DNA from: Myxococcota bacterium
Lineage (GTDB): Bacteria; Myxococcota_A; Polyangia; Nannocystales; Nannocystaceae
DNA length: 64,000 nucleotides
Reading direction: 5' to 3'
Assembly (NCBI GenBank): GCA_039028615.1
Contig: JBCCHT010000004.1
Coordinates: 256,001 to 320,000 of the forward strand
Every line of letters begins with the position of its first letter. The first letter of the stretch is position 1. The notes beneath the pieces were generated by a model. It did no database searches and was not told the DNA's origin. It worked only from the letters and a program-made list of their open reading frames with translations. Shown here piece by piece: positions 19,032-28,266 of the stretch. The position numbers were made by a program, and so were the translations under genes.

Positions 19032-21533
19032 ATGATCTACGACGAGCCCGTCGACTACATCGGTGGTCTGGAGATCTTCCGAGACTTCTCCAACCCCAAC
19101 ACGTTTTACTTCCTGCCGCCCACCGGTCCCCGTGTCGCCCGCGTTGCCGGCGGAGGCGAAGATGGTGACTACGCGCTGCGGCTGGTGCTCTTTCGCCCCG
19201 ATCCCAACGCTACGCCGCCGCAGGGCATGGAAGACGGCGGCGGCTTCCTCAACCTCGACGTCGATCTGAACGTGACCGAGGCCCAGCTCAACAGCATCGA
19301 GGAAGAGCTGCGCAGCAAATTCGGAGACGAGGCCAACCTCGTGCCCGTGCCCTTCACCGAAGGCAGCGTCGAGCTCGTGCTGCTCGGCGTCGGCCGAGGC
19401 GACGAGGGCCAGCCCTTCGTGCGCAAGGTCGCCGGCTCGGCCGTGCCCTCGCTGTACGGCTCGCAGCGCGCGGCCTTCAGCGTGGTCCTCGATCGCCATG
19501 GCGCCGCGCTGATGCGCCAGGTCATCGCCGAGGGCGGCCTGACCATGGCCCTGGCCATCTATCACCTCAAGTACGCGGCCATCGGTCCCGCCTACAACCT
19601 CGAGATCACCATCGACTACTCGAAGTCTCGCGAGCTGATGGACCTGCGGCTCAACGCGGGCGTCGGCGTGGCCAGCGGCAACACCAAGTTCGTGGGCAAG
19701 GCCGGCTTCCACATGCTCATGGAGGAGCTCCAGGAAAACCGCGCCATCGTGGTCCGGGAGCTCGACCCCATTCCGGGTGAAGGCGGGCGCGACGAGACCA
19801 ACCAGGAGCAGATCAACGAGATCATCGGCAATCTCATGGGCTCCACCTGGTTCCGCCCCTCGCTGAGCCAGATGTCGCAGCTGACCCAGGTGCAGCCGTC
19901 GGGCAGCAACACGACGACCACCACCAACGCCACGACGGCGCCGACCACCGCTCCCACCACCGCTCCCACCACGCGACCGAGCCCGAGCCCTTCGCCGAGC
20001 CCGAGTCCCAGCCCCTCGCCCAGCCCCAGCCCGAGTCCCAGCCCCTCGCCGAGCCCCAGCCCGAGTCCCAGTCCCTCGGCCAGCCCGACGCCGAGCACCG
20101 CGCCCGGCACCTCGGCGCCCAACTCGGGCGGCTCCGGGGGCGCGACCGTCGAGGCGAGCTTCGAGATCAACTTCGAGATGATCGAGCGGACCGAGCAGAC
20201 CACGGCGAGCTACAACCTCAGCCGCCGCGAGGCCCGAATCCACGAGATCCATCCGCAGGGGCAGCTGTCCTTCGACGTCGACAATCCCGAGGACTACATC
20301 ATCGAGGCCGACGGGGCGATCGACTTCTTCCAGAACCTGCAGCTGCGGGCCACCACCACCGCGGTCTGGGACCTCGACGGCATCGACTCCATCCAGATCC
20401 AGATCCGCTACGGCACCGATGGCCAGGGCGGCTTCCGACGTCGCGGCGAGATGATGCTGACCCCGACCCAGACCTCCGACACCTGGAAGGTCAACGTCCT
20501 CCACGAGGACGACGACCGCAGCAACCCCGTCGCGTACTGGTACGACTACAAGGTCACCATCCACTACCGACAGGGCGTGGCCCTGGGCAACCAACGCGGG
20601 GCCATGGACAGCGTGGGGGCCGAGGGCGCCGACGCCGAGGGCTGGATCCGCAGCCACTCGCGCAACCTGGTCATCCACCCGCGCGACGTCACCCCCGGCC
20701 TGACCGTCAACGTGATGACCGGCATCGTGAAGTACGAGCTGCTGGCCCATGCCAACCTCGTGCTCAGCTACGGGCCCTACCGGCAGAACCTCAAGCTCTC
20801 TGCCGAGCAACCCGAGCACCGCCTGGTCATCCGTCCCGAGCGCGACCTCGCCGACGAGCCCATCCGCACCGAGGGCATGCTCTTTTACAAGGACGGGGCC
20901 CAGGTCCCGCTGCCCGCGGGCGAGTGGTCGCCGCAAGAGCTGGTAGTCGTCAACGAGGCCCGCGAGAACATGCTGCGGGTGCGGGTGATCATGGCCGACC
21001 CGGGCGACGAGTACAGCAAGATCGCCGTCCGCCTGCGCTACCAGCACGGCAACCGCAACGTCGAACAGACCTACGAGCTGACCGACCACGCGCAGCTCGA
21101 GGAGTGGACGGTGCGGCTCGAAGACCCCGAGGCCCGCGCGTGGCAGTACCAGGCCACCATGGTGAAATCCGCGGGCGCCATCGAGACCACCGACTGGATC
21201 GACGGCGAGGACGACCAGCTCATCTTGGGCATCGAGGTGGTCGACGTCATCCCCGTGCAGATCAACTGGCTCGTGCCGCTGCCCATGGGCGACCTGATGG
21301 CGGTGAAGATCGACCTGGCCTACGACGACGACCGCGAGGACGTGCACTGGGCTCACTCCGAGGTCATCAACCAGGGGCACGCGGGTGCGTTCCGCTGGCC
21401 CATCGCGATCAAGAACCGCGAGAACCGAAGCTATCGCTATCGGGTCACCGAGTTCCGCACCACGGGCACGGTGACCGAAGGCGAGTGGCGCACCACCGAC
21501 ACCCGCGCGCTCGTGCTGATGCCGGGCATGTAG
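19032..21533 (+). CDS. Large hypothetical protein, paralog B, with Thr/Pro/Ser linker and beta-rich C-terminal repeats
   Basis: 833-aa ORF 15 nt after paralog A; strong GC3 bias; repeated W/Y-x-Y-x-V/A-T strands. Confidence 0.9.
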   Translation: MIYDEPVDYIGGLEIFRDFSNPNTFYFLPPTGPRVARVAGGGEDGDYALRLVLFRPDPNATPPQGMEDGGGFLNLDVDLNVTEAQLNSIEEELRSKFGDEANLVPVPFTEGSVELVLLGVGRGDEGQPFVRKVAGSAVPSLYGSQRAAFSVVLDRHGAALMRQVIAEGGLTMALAIYHLKYAAIGPAYNLEITIDYSKSRELMDLRLNAGVGVASGNTKFVGKAGFHMLMEELQENRAIVVRELDPIPGEGGRDETNQEQINEIIGNLMGSTWFRPSLSQMSQLTQVQPSGSNTTTTTNATTAPTTAPTTAPTTRPSPSPSPSPSPSPSPSPSPSPSPSPSPSPSPSPSASPTPSTAPGTSAPNSGGSGGATVEASFEINFEMIERTEQTTASYNLSRREARIHEIHPQGQLSFDVDNPEDYIIEADGAIDFFQNLQLRATTTAVWDLDGIDSIQIQIRYGTDGQGGFRRRGEMMLTPTQTSDTWKVNVLHEDDDRSNPVAYWYDYKVTIHYRQGVALGNQRGAMDSVGAEGADAEGWIRSHSRNLVIHPRDVTPGLTVNVMTGIVKYELLAHANLVLSYGPYRQNLKLSAEQPEHRLVIRPERDLADEPIRTEGMLFYKDGAQVPLPAGEWSPQELVVVNEARENMLRVRVIMADPGDEYSKIAVRLRYQHGNRNVEQTYELTDHAQLEEWTVRLEDPEARAWQYQATMVKSAGAIETTDWIDGEDDQLILGIEVVDVIPVQINWLVPLPMGDLMAVKIDLAYDDDREDVHWAHSEVINQGHAGAFRWPIAIKNRENRSYRYRVTEFRTTGTVTEGEWRTTDTRALVLMPGM
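19911..20110 (+). repeat. Low-complexity coding repeat: poly-T, (TTAP)x3 and a long (PS)n tract
   Basis: accaccgctccc repeats then ccgagc/cccagc/ccctcg hexamers encoding PSPSPS... Confidence 0.9.
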
Positions 21534-21576
21534 CTCCCACCTGCGAGTGCTCCCCGCGCGTGGGACCCCAGCGGGC

Positions 21577-22197
21577 TCACGCGTAGGGGACGACGGCGAC
21601 CGCCGCGTCGGCCAGCTGCTCCAGCTGCGACCGCTCGGCACCCGCCCGGGCGCGCACCGACAGGCTGTGGGTCACGCCCGCCAAGACCGAGGCGAGCGCT
21701 TCGACGTCGGCGTCGGGATCGAGCTCGCCGTGCTCTCGGCCGCGCTGCAGCACCTGCGCGAAGCGGGCGTCGATCCCATCGAGCAGCCGACCGAGCTCTT
21801 CCCGAATCCGCTCGCTGCCCGACGCCTCGGTGGCCGCGGTGCTCATGATGAGACACCCCCGCGCGATGTCCTCGTGATCGACATAGAGCTCGATCAGCAC
21901 CTCGAAGATGCCGCGGAGGCTCTCGTCGAGCGAGGCCGCCTCTTCGAGGACGGGCGAGATCGAGGCATCGATGCGACCGAAGAAGTTGCGCAGCCCGGCC
22001 AGGTACATCTGTTCTTTGTCGCCGAAGGTGGCGTAGAGGCTGGGACGAGCGACCCCCGTGGCCGCCGATAGGGCGTCGAGGGACGTCCCCGACAATCCGC
22101 GCTGCCAGAACAGATCGGTGATGGCATCGAGGACCTCCGACTCGTCGAACTTGCGGGGTCGACCCCGGGATCGGGTGCTCTTGCTGCGCTTCGCCAT
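21577..22197 (-). CDS. TetR/AcrR family regulator (ComR/NemR-like)
   Basis: RGRPRKFD, FWQRGLSGTS, GVARPSLYATFGDKEQ, RGCL. Confidence 0.93.
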   Translation of the reverse strand: MAKRSKSTRSRGRPRKFDESEVLDAITDLFWQRGLSGTSLDALSAATGVARPSLYATFGDKEQMYLAGLRNFFGRIDASISPVLEEAASLDESLRGIFEVLIELYVDHEDIARGCLIMSTAATEASGSERIREELGRLLDGIDARFAQVLQRGREHGELDPDADVEALASVLAGVTHSLSVRARAGAERSQLEQLADAAVAVVPYA

Positions 22198-22220
22198 GCC
22201 GCGTGCGGGACTCTCGAGAC

Positions 22221-22244
22221 ATTATATGCCAATCGGTACAAAAT
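22221..22244 (-). promoter_or_regulatory. -10 box (TATAAT) overlapped by an imperfect palindrome, probable TetR auto-operator
   Basis: attatatgccaatcggtacaaaat; the minus strand reads TATAAT at 22226-22221; 16 of 24 positions are self-complementary. Confidence 0.6.
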
Positions 22245-22567
22245 CTAACGCGTCGGGCCGCTCGAGCGCGTGGCCGCGATGCATCGCGGCTGCATCCTCG
22301 GTGCCTGTTCGTCAAGCGCAGCGATGCGGAGCCGTCGCGAGCTCGGCGAACGATCGTCGGTGCAAACCCGCGTCGATCGCCGGGACTCTCGCTCCGTCTG
22401 CCGCGGAAGTCGCGCTGAGCCGGTCCGCGGCGGGAGCCCGTTCGTCCGCCGTGCTCGCTCAAATCGCCGCCCCCCTGCCGCTACCCACCGCCCTGCCCTC
22501 GCCCGCGACCGGGCCTGCTCGTACCGCGGTGGTGGCCCCGGTTCGCCCCTGCTAGCCTCGCGACGAA

Positions 22568-23698
22568 ATGGCGGGCAATGCCTTTGGCGAGCGCTTTCGG
22601 GTGACGACCTTCGGTGAGTCCCACGGCGGAGTCGTGGGCGTGGTGGTGGACGGCTGCCCCGCCGGGCACCCCTTCCCGCTCGAGCGCATCGGGGCCCAGC
22701 TGGCGCGACGGCGCCCCGGGCAGGGAAAACTCAGCTCGGCGCGCAAAGAGCCGGACGAGATCGAGGTGGGCAGCGGGGTCGACCCCGACTCGGGCCGCAC
22801 GCTTGGCACGCCGATCTCCATGTGGGTTCGCAATCGCGACGCCAAGTCCCACCACTACGGCGAGCTCCGCGACCTGTATCGCCCCTCGCATGCCGACTAC
22901 ACCTACGACGCCCGCTACGGCCTGCGCTTCGTGGCCGGCGGCGGGCGAGCGTCGGCACGCGAGACGGTCGGGCGCGTGGCCGCGGGGGCCCTCGCCGAGG
23001 ATCTGCTCGAAGCGGCGCTCGGCATCTCCATCGTGGCCTGGGTCGACCAGGTGACGGACGTCTCGTGCCCGACCATCGATCCGGCCACGGTCACGCGTGA
23101 GCAGGTCGATGCGGCGGAAGTGCGCTGCCCCGATCCCGAGGCCGCCGCCCGCATGACCGAGGTCATCGACGCCGCCCGCTCCGACCGCGACACCGTGGGC
23201 GGCGTGCTGCGCTGTGTCGCCCGGGGCGTCCCGCCCGGACTCGGCGAGCCGGTCTTCGACAAGCTCAGCGCGGCCCTGGCCGGGGCGATGATGAGCCTGC
23301 CCGCGACCCGTGGGTTCGAGCTGGGCGAAGGCTTCGCCGCCACGCGCATGCGAGGCTCGGAGCACAACGACGCGTTCGTGCCCGACCCCGAGCGCGCGGC
23401 GAGTACCGACGGCATCCGCACCCGCACCAACCGCAGCGGCGGCATCCAGGGCGGGCTGAGCAACGGCGAGCTGATTCGTTTCGCCGTCGCGTTCAAGCCG
23501 GTCGCCACGATCTTCAAGCCGCAGGACACCGTCGATCGCGAGGGCAAGGCCGCGACCTACACCGCCCGCGGCCGCCACGACCCCTGCGTGCTGCCCCGCG
23601 CGGTGCCGATGGTCGAAGCGATGACCGCGCTGGTGCTCTGCGATCACCTCATGCGTCGCCTCGGCGCACGGGTCGAGGATCTGAAGCAATGTCGCTGA
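22568..23698 (+). CDS. aroC: Chorismate synthase
   Basis: TTFGESHG, RPSHADY, GGGRASARET, GLGEPVFDKL, NRSGGIQGG, RGRHDPCV. Confidence 0.97.
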   Translation: MAGNAFGERFRVTTFGESHGGVVGVVVDGCPAGHPFPLERIGAQLARRRPGQGKLSSARKEPDEIEVGSGVDPDSGRTLGTPISMWVRNRDAKSHHYGELRDLYRPSHADYTYDARYGLRFVAGGGRASARETVGRVAAGALAEDLLEAALGISIVAWVDQVTDVSCPTIDPATVTREQVDAAEVRCPDPEAAARMTEVIDAARSDRDTVGGVLRCVARGVPPGLGEPVFDKLSAALAGAMMSLPATRGFELGEGFAATRMRGSEHNDAFVPDPERAASTDGIRTRTNRSGGIQGGLSNGELIRFAVAFKPVATIFKPQDTVDREGKAATYTARGRHDPCVLPRAVPMVEAMTALVLCDHLMRRLGARVEDLKQCR

Positions 23699-24279
23699 AG
23701 GTCGTCTCCAGCTCGCCGGGCCCCGAAGGCGGCGGCGGAGGCCCACGCATCCTCGCCCCGGGGGCTCCGCCCTCGTCGGGCCCGATCCCCAACGAGCTGG
23801 CCCGGCACCTGGTGCACGGCGAGGCGCTCGTATGGTGGGGCGACAAGGACTCCATCCGCTTCGGACCGGTCCTGATGATCCTCGGCGTGGCCCTGGCCGT
23901 GCTGGCCGTCGTCACCCTGCTCGCCCCCGAGTTCTGGCAGCAACCGCCCAAGGAGCTGGCCAAGCCCATCGGCGTGCTGCTCTCCCCCGCGGCGTTCGTG
24001 CTCGTTCGCGAGCGCATCAACCGACGTGCCGTGCTGGTCACCGACGCCAGCATCACCAGCATCGACATGCGAGGCCGCGTGCAGCGACTGCCGCTGGGGG
24101 GCATCGCCAAGGTCCGCCGCGATCCGCTGCGCGGCGGGATGGTGCTCGAGGGTCGCCAGGGCCAGGTCCGCCTGCCCCCTTCGCTGCTCGACGACACCCG
24201 CCAGGCCATCGCCAGTCAGCGTCGTCACAGCGTGCGAGGCTCGGCCTCGGTCGACGACCCCCAGGGGTGGCTGCCATGA
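23689..24279 (+). CDS. Hypothetical two-TM membrane protein (PH-like C-terminus possible)
   Basis: Overlaps both the aroC stop and the proB start; GE.L.W.G motif, two hydrophobic segments, VLVTD. Confidence 0.7.
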   Translation: MSLKVVSSSPGPEGGGGGPRILAPGAPPSSGPIPNELARHLVHGEALVWWGDKDSIRFGPVLMILGVALAVLAVVTLLAPEFWQQPPKELAKPIGVLLSPAAFVLVRERINRRAVLVTDASITSIDMRGRVQRLPLGGIAKVRRDPLRGGMVLEGRQGQVRLPPSLLDDTRQAIASQRRHSVRGSASVDDPQGWLP

Positions 24280-25448
24280 ACCAGCCCCAACGCCGCGACC
24301 TCGCCGATGCGCGGCGTATCGTGGTGAAGCTGGGGACGGCCGTGGTCACTCACGACGGTTTCGAACTCGCGCTCGGCCGCCTGCATAGCGTGGTCGAGGA
24401 GCTCGGCCGGCTGCACCGCGACGGCCGCGAGCTGATGCTGGTCTCGAGCGGCGCGGTGGGCATGGGCACCCGCGCGCTGGGTCTGTCCGAGCGCCCTACT
24501 TCGCTGGGCCTGCGCCAGGCCTGCGCCGCGGTGGGGCAAGGGCACCTCATGACGCTGTACACCCAGGCCTTGGCGCAGCTGGGCCTGGTGGCGGGGCAGG
24601 TGCTGCTGACCCAGAGCGACTTTGCCGATCGCGATCGCGCGCTGTGCCTGCGCACCACCCTGCTGCGACTGCTCGAGCTGCGCACGCTGCCCATCCTCAA
24701 CGAAAACGACAGCGTCAGCGTCCGCGAGCTGGTCGAGCATCGCCAAGCCGAGCAGGAGGCCACCGCCGCCCCTGCCTTTGGCGACAACGACGGACTCTCC
24801 GCCCGGCTGGCGGTCGCGCTCGATGCCGACCTCCTGGTCCTGATGACCAACGTCGACGGGCTGTTCACCGCCAACCCGGCGCTCGATCGCGACGCGAAGC
24901 GGATCCCGGAGCGAGTGGGCGTGGATGCCGAGCTCGATGCACTGGCCAGCGGCCGCTCTACCGGGGGCACGGGCGGCATGGCGTCCAAGCTCGAGGCGGC
25001 TCGACTCGCGACCGAGTCCGGCTGCTCGGTGCTCATCATCGACGGCACGAACCCGGGGGCGCTTTCGCGGGCGCTCTCGGGAGAAGACCTCGGCACCGTG
25101 CTGTGGCCTCGCAGTCCACACCGCGCCCGTCGCCAGCACATCGCCATGGGGCGCGAGCGACAGGGGGCGTTGGTGGTCAACGACGGCGCGATCGCGGCCC
25201 TGCGCGGGCGCAAGGCCTCGCTGCTGCCCATCGGCGTGATTCGCGTGGAAGGCGAATTCTCCCGGGGTGACGTGGTGGAAGTGCGCGACGCCAGCGGGCG
25301 CGTCCACGGGCGCGGGATCGTCAACTATCACGCCGATGCCTGCCGGGCGCTCGTCGGGCGTCACAGCTCGGAGATCGACCGCATCCTGGGCTGGCGGGGC
25401 TACGATGCAGTGGTCACCCGCGACAACCTCGTGCTCTCGGAGGTCTGA
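24276..25448 (+). CDS. proB: Glutamate 5-kinase with PUA domain
   Basis: RIVVKLGT, LVSSGAVG, AAVGQ, PILNEND, FGDNDGL, GTGGMASKLEAA, SLLPIG; ATG 24276. Confidence 0.96.
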   Translation: MNQPQRRDLADARRIVVKLGTAVVTHDGFELALGRLHSVVEELGRLHRDGRELMLVSSGAVGMGTRALGLSERPTSLGLRQACAAVGQGHLMTLYTQALAQLGLVAGQVLLTQSDFADRDRALCLRTTLLRLLELRTLPILNENDSVSVRELVEHRQAEQEATAAPAFGDNDGLSARLAVALDADLLVLMTNVDGLFTANPALDRDAKRIPERVGVDAELDALASGRSTGGTGGMASKLEAARLATESGCSVLIIDGTNPGALSRALSGEDLGTVLWPRSPHRARRQHIAMGRERQGALVVNDGAIAALRGRKASLLPIGVIRVEGEFSRGDVVEVRDASGRVHGRGIVNYHADACRALVGRHSSEIDRILGWRGYDAVVTRDNLVLSEV

Positions 25449-25474
25449 GCACGCGCGACCAAGGAGCTTCGCCG

Positions 25475-26794
25475 ATGACAACCTCTCCCGATCACGTCCG
25501 ACAGCTCGCTCGTAAGGCCCGCCAGGCGGGGTCGCACCTCGCCCGCGCCAGCGGCCCCGACCGCCGCTCCATCCTGCTCGCCATGGCCGACGAGCTGGCC
25601 CGCTCCGATGCCCGCGCCGGGATCCTGGCCGCCAACGCCGAGGACCTCGAGGACGCCAACGCCATGCGCGAGCGCGGCGAGCTGGCCCAGGCCCTGGTCG
25701 ACCGACTCGTGCTCACGGACAAGAAGCTCGACGGGCTCTGCGACGGCCTCGGTCAGCTCGCGGACCAAGTCGACTTGATCGGCCGCACCGACCTCGAGCG
25801 CGAGCTCGACGATGGCCTCGTGCTACGCCGCGTCAGCTGCCCGCTCGGCGTGCTGGGCGTGGTGTTCGAGGCCCGCCCCGACGCGGTGCCGCAGATCGCC
25901 GGGCTCGCCCTGCGCACGGGCAACGCGGTGATCCTCAAGGGCGGTCGGGAAGCGCGTCGCAGCAACGCCGCCCTCGTTCGCCACCTGCAGGGCATCCTGC
26001 ACGCCCAGGGCTTCGACCCCCACGCCGTCGCCCTACTCGAGGGCCGCTCCGAGGTCGATGCGCTGCTGGGCCTCGAGCGCGACGTCGACCTGATCATCGC
26101 GCGGGGCTCGACGTCCTTCGTTCGCTACGTGCAGAACAACACCTCGATCCCCGTGCTCGGTCACGCCGAGGGTCTGTGCCACCTGTACCTGCACCACTCC
26201 GCGTCCCCGCCGATGGCGGCCCGGATCGCGGTGGACGCCAAGACGGGCTACCCCGCGGCCTGCAACGCCATCGAGACCATGCTGTGGGAGCCCGGGGCCG
26301 AGCCGGCCCTGTTCGCCGCGGTGGAGGCGTTACAGCGGCAGCAGGTCGAGCTGCGAGGCTGCGAGCACACCCGCGGCAAGTACCCCGAGATGGTCGCCGC
26401 CACGGACGAGGACTGGTCCACCGAGTACGGCGACCGCGTGCTGTCCATTCGCCGCGTCGACCACCTCGACGCGGCCATCGACCACATCGAGCGCTACGGG
26501 TCGCGCCACACCGAGACGATCATCAGCGAGGACGACATGGCCGCGGCCACCTTCCTCGCCGCGGTCGACTCGGCCGGGGTGTTCCACAACGCCAGCTCGC
26601 GCTTCGCCGACGGCTATCGCTACGGGCTCGGGGCCGAGGTCGGCATCAGCACGGGCAAGCTGCACGCGCGCGGCCCGGTGGGCGTGGAAGGCCTGGTCAC
26701 CTATCGCTGGCTGCTCCGCGGTCAGGGCCAGGTCGCAGGCGACTACGGGCCGGGCAAGCGGGCCTTCAAGCACCGCACGCGCTCGAGCTCCTGA
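25475..26794 (+). CDS. proA: Gamma-glutamyl phosphate reductase
   Basis: PLGVLGVVFEARP, GNAVILKGG, YPAACNAIET, NASSRFADG, GAEVGISTGKLHARGPVG. Confidence 0.96.
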   Translation: MTTSPDHVRQLARKARQAGSHLARASGPDRRSILLAMADELARSDARAGILAANAEDLEDANAMRERGELAQALVDRLVLTDKKLDGLCDGLGQLADQVDLIGRTDLERELDDGLVLRRVSCPLGVLGVVFEARPDAVPQIAGLALRTGNAVILKGGREARRSNAALVRHLQGILHAQGFDPHAVALLEGRSEVDALLGLERDVDLIIARGSTSFVRYVQNNTSIPVLGHAEGLCHLYLHHSASPPMAARIAVDAKTGYPAACNAIETMLWEPGAEPALFAAVEALQRQQVELRGCEHTRGKYPEMVAATDEDWSTEYGDRVLSIRRVDHLDAAIDHIERYGSRHTETIISEDDMAAATFLAAVDSAGVFHNASSRFADGYRYGLGAEVGISTGKLHARGPVGVEGLVTYRWLLRGQGQVAGDYGPGKRAFKHRTRSSS

Positions 26795-26874
26795 TGCGAC
26801 GAGACCGACGGGGCATCCTGCCGCCGTCGGTCTCGGTACGCCCGATGCCGTGCATCGGACAAGTCTACGCTTCG

Positions 26875-27243
26875 CTAAGGTCCGACGACTTCCGAGATCC
26901 TCAGGTGTGAACCAGAGCGATTCGGATTGCTGCGGTCGGAGTAGGCCTGCAGCTGTCGTTGCGCCGCGTTGAACGAGTCGCGCAGCGCGACCCCGAGGTC
27001 GCTGTGCTCGGGTTTCGGCTTCTCGTGACTCACGACGATCTCGTCGCCGGGCACGCTGAGCTCGATGCGTACGTGGTAGGGATTGCCCTTTTGGTGGTGA
27101 TTATGATTGGCCTCGACCACTACTCGGCAGCCGGTAATCCGATCGTAGAGGCGATCGAGCTTGGCAGCCTTCGATCGAATGCGTTCTTCGATCGCTTCCG
27201 TTCGCACGACGTTGCGAAACGTGATCTCCAATGGGAGCTTCAT
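26875..27243 (-). CDS. HPF/RaiA family ribosome hibernation protein (sigma54 modulation/S30EA domain)
   Basis: MKLPLEITFRN, ITGCRVVVE, HHQKG, YHVRIEL.VPG, ALRDSF.AA.RQL; SD AAGGAAGG upstream of ATG 27243. Confidence 0.88.
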   Translation of the reverse strand: MKLPLEITFRNVVRTEAIEERIRSKAAKLDRLYDRITGCRVVVEANHNHHQKGNPYHVRIELSVPGDEIVVSHEKPKPEHSDLGVALRDSFNAAQRQLQAYSDRSNPNRSGSHLRISEVVGP

Positions 27244-27581
27244 GGGCCTTCCTTGATGTAAGCCGCGCCGAGAGTTCCAACTGTTACTCGCATCGGCTCG
27301 GCGCCGCTGGTGGGAATTTTCCGATACGAAGAGCAACACCATCATTGTGACAGGCGAGCCCGCCAAAGTGCCAACGGAAGTTACGGTACGAAGGGGTACT
27401 CCCCCGTCGGTAGGAAGCCAGTTTCGTGGGCCAGGACCGCTGTTAGGTGGCCCAATTCTCCTCAATTCGGGCTCGTGTACGACATCCCACGACCTGAACA
27501 CGCGCCGAGGGCGGGATTCGCTCACCGCACGCAAGATCGGCACCCCGAGGGGTCGATCGACCGGGGCTCAATACGCCAGTG

Positions 27582-28172
27582 CTACAGCACGCGTCGCTCG
27601 ACCAATGCGCGCCGCAATGCGCTGGCATCGGTGAACACGACCGCGTCCATGCCTTCGTCGCGCGCCGCCTCGCAATTGTCTTCGCGATCGTCGACGAATA
27701 GGCACGCGGAGGTCGGCACGCCGAGCTCGGCGGCCACGTGCTGGTAGATCTTCGGGTCGGGCTTGCGCATGCCGACCAGGCACGACACGAAGCTCCAGCG
27801 CAGGTAACGAGACAGCTCGAGCCGCTCTTCGATGAGCTGATACCAGCTCGGGTAATTCGACAGCGCGTGCATGGGCACGCCGTGCGAATAAAGCTCGTGC
27901 AGCAACGACTCGATGCCGGGCAAGAGCCGGTACGACTGGCTCATCTTGCGCTTGAGGCCGACCCCGTCGACGGCTCGACCATCGGCGAAGTAGCGGCTCA
28001 GCATCGTGCGCTCGTCGATGGTGCCGAGCTCGAACTCCACCCAGGTCGACGGGTGCTTGGCCTCGAGCAGCTCGGGCAAGCTCATCCCGAAGAACTCGGG
28101 GATCTCGACGTAGAAGGGGTCGTACGTCAGCGTGCCCAATACGTCGAGCAACAGGACCCGGGGCACCTTCAC
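27582..28172 (-). CDS. HAD-superfamily hydrolase (YihX-like)
   Basis: LLDVLGTL, ALSNY, RKPDPKIY, LFVDDREDN; GTG 28172 lies 6 nt after TATCGT. Confidence 0.88.
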   Translation of the reverse strand: MKVPRVLLLDVLGTLTYDPFYVEIPEFFGMSLPELLEAKHPSTWVEFELGTIDERTMLSRYFADGRAVDGVGLKRKMSQSYRLLPGIESLLHELYSHGVPMHALSNYPSWYQLIEERLELSRYLRWSFVSCLVGMRKPDPKIYQHVAAELGVPTSACLFVDDREDNCEAARDEGMDAVVFTDASALRRALVERRVL

Positions 28173-28213
28173 CCTCGAACGATAGCAGCCAGCGACCGCG
28201 GTGTCGCGATCGC

Positions 28214-28241
28214 GGGTGGGGTGCGCGGACCTGCCCCACCC
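28214..28241 (-). terminator. GC-rich hairpin downstream of the diiron gene
   Basis: gggtgggg-N12-ccccaccc. Confidence 0.45.
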
Positions 28242-28266
28242 CACGCGCGGCCCCGCGCCGCCTCGA

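Noticed and set aside
19911..20110. Tandem repeats as a possible CRISPR array or non-coding VNTR (also 54615-54671)
   Set aside because: In-frame coding linkers with synonymous variation; no repeat-spacer structure and no cas genes.
18627..21641. 1004-aa minus-strand ORF
   Set aside because: Antisense shadow of the paralog pair, typical of high-GC3 DNA; no recognisable domain.
22245..22550. Long intergenic gaps (also 33320-33628 and 39386-39659) as ncRNA or REP elements
   Set aside because: No recognisable RNA family, no repeat shared between the gaps and no convincing ORF by eye.
23832..24275. N-terminal extension of ProB (similar extensions: 16377, 26875-27543, 29487, 49941, 50933 and 53514 ORFs)
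   Set aside because: The extensions overlap real genes or regulatory DNA and lack homology; internal starts fit the motifs better.
27355..27380. TGGCAC on the minus strand as a sigma54 promoter for the hpf-like gene
   Set aside because: No TTGC -12 element at the required spacing.
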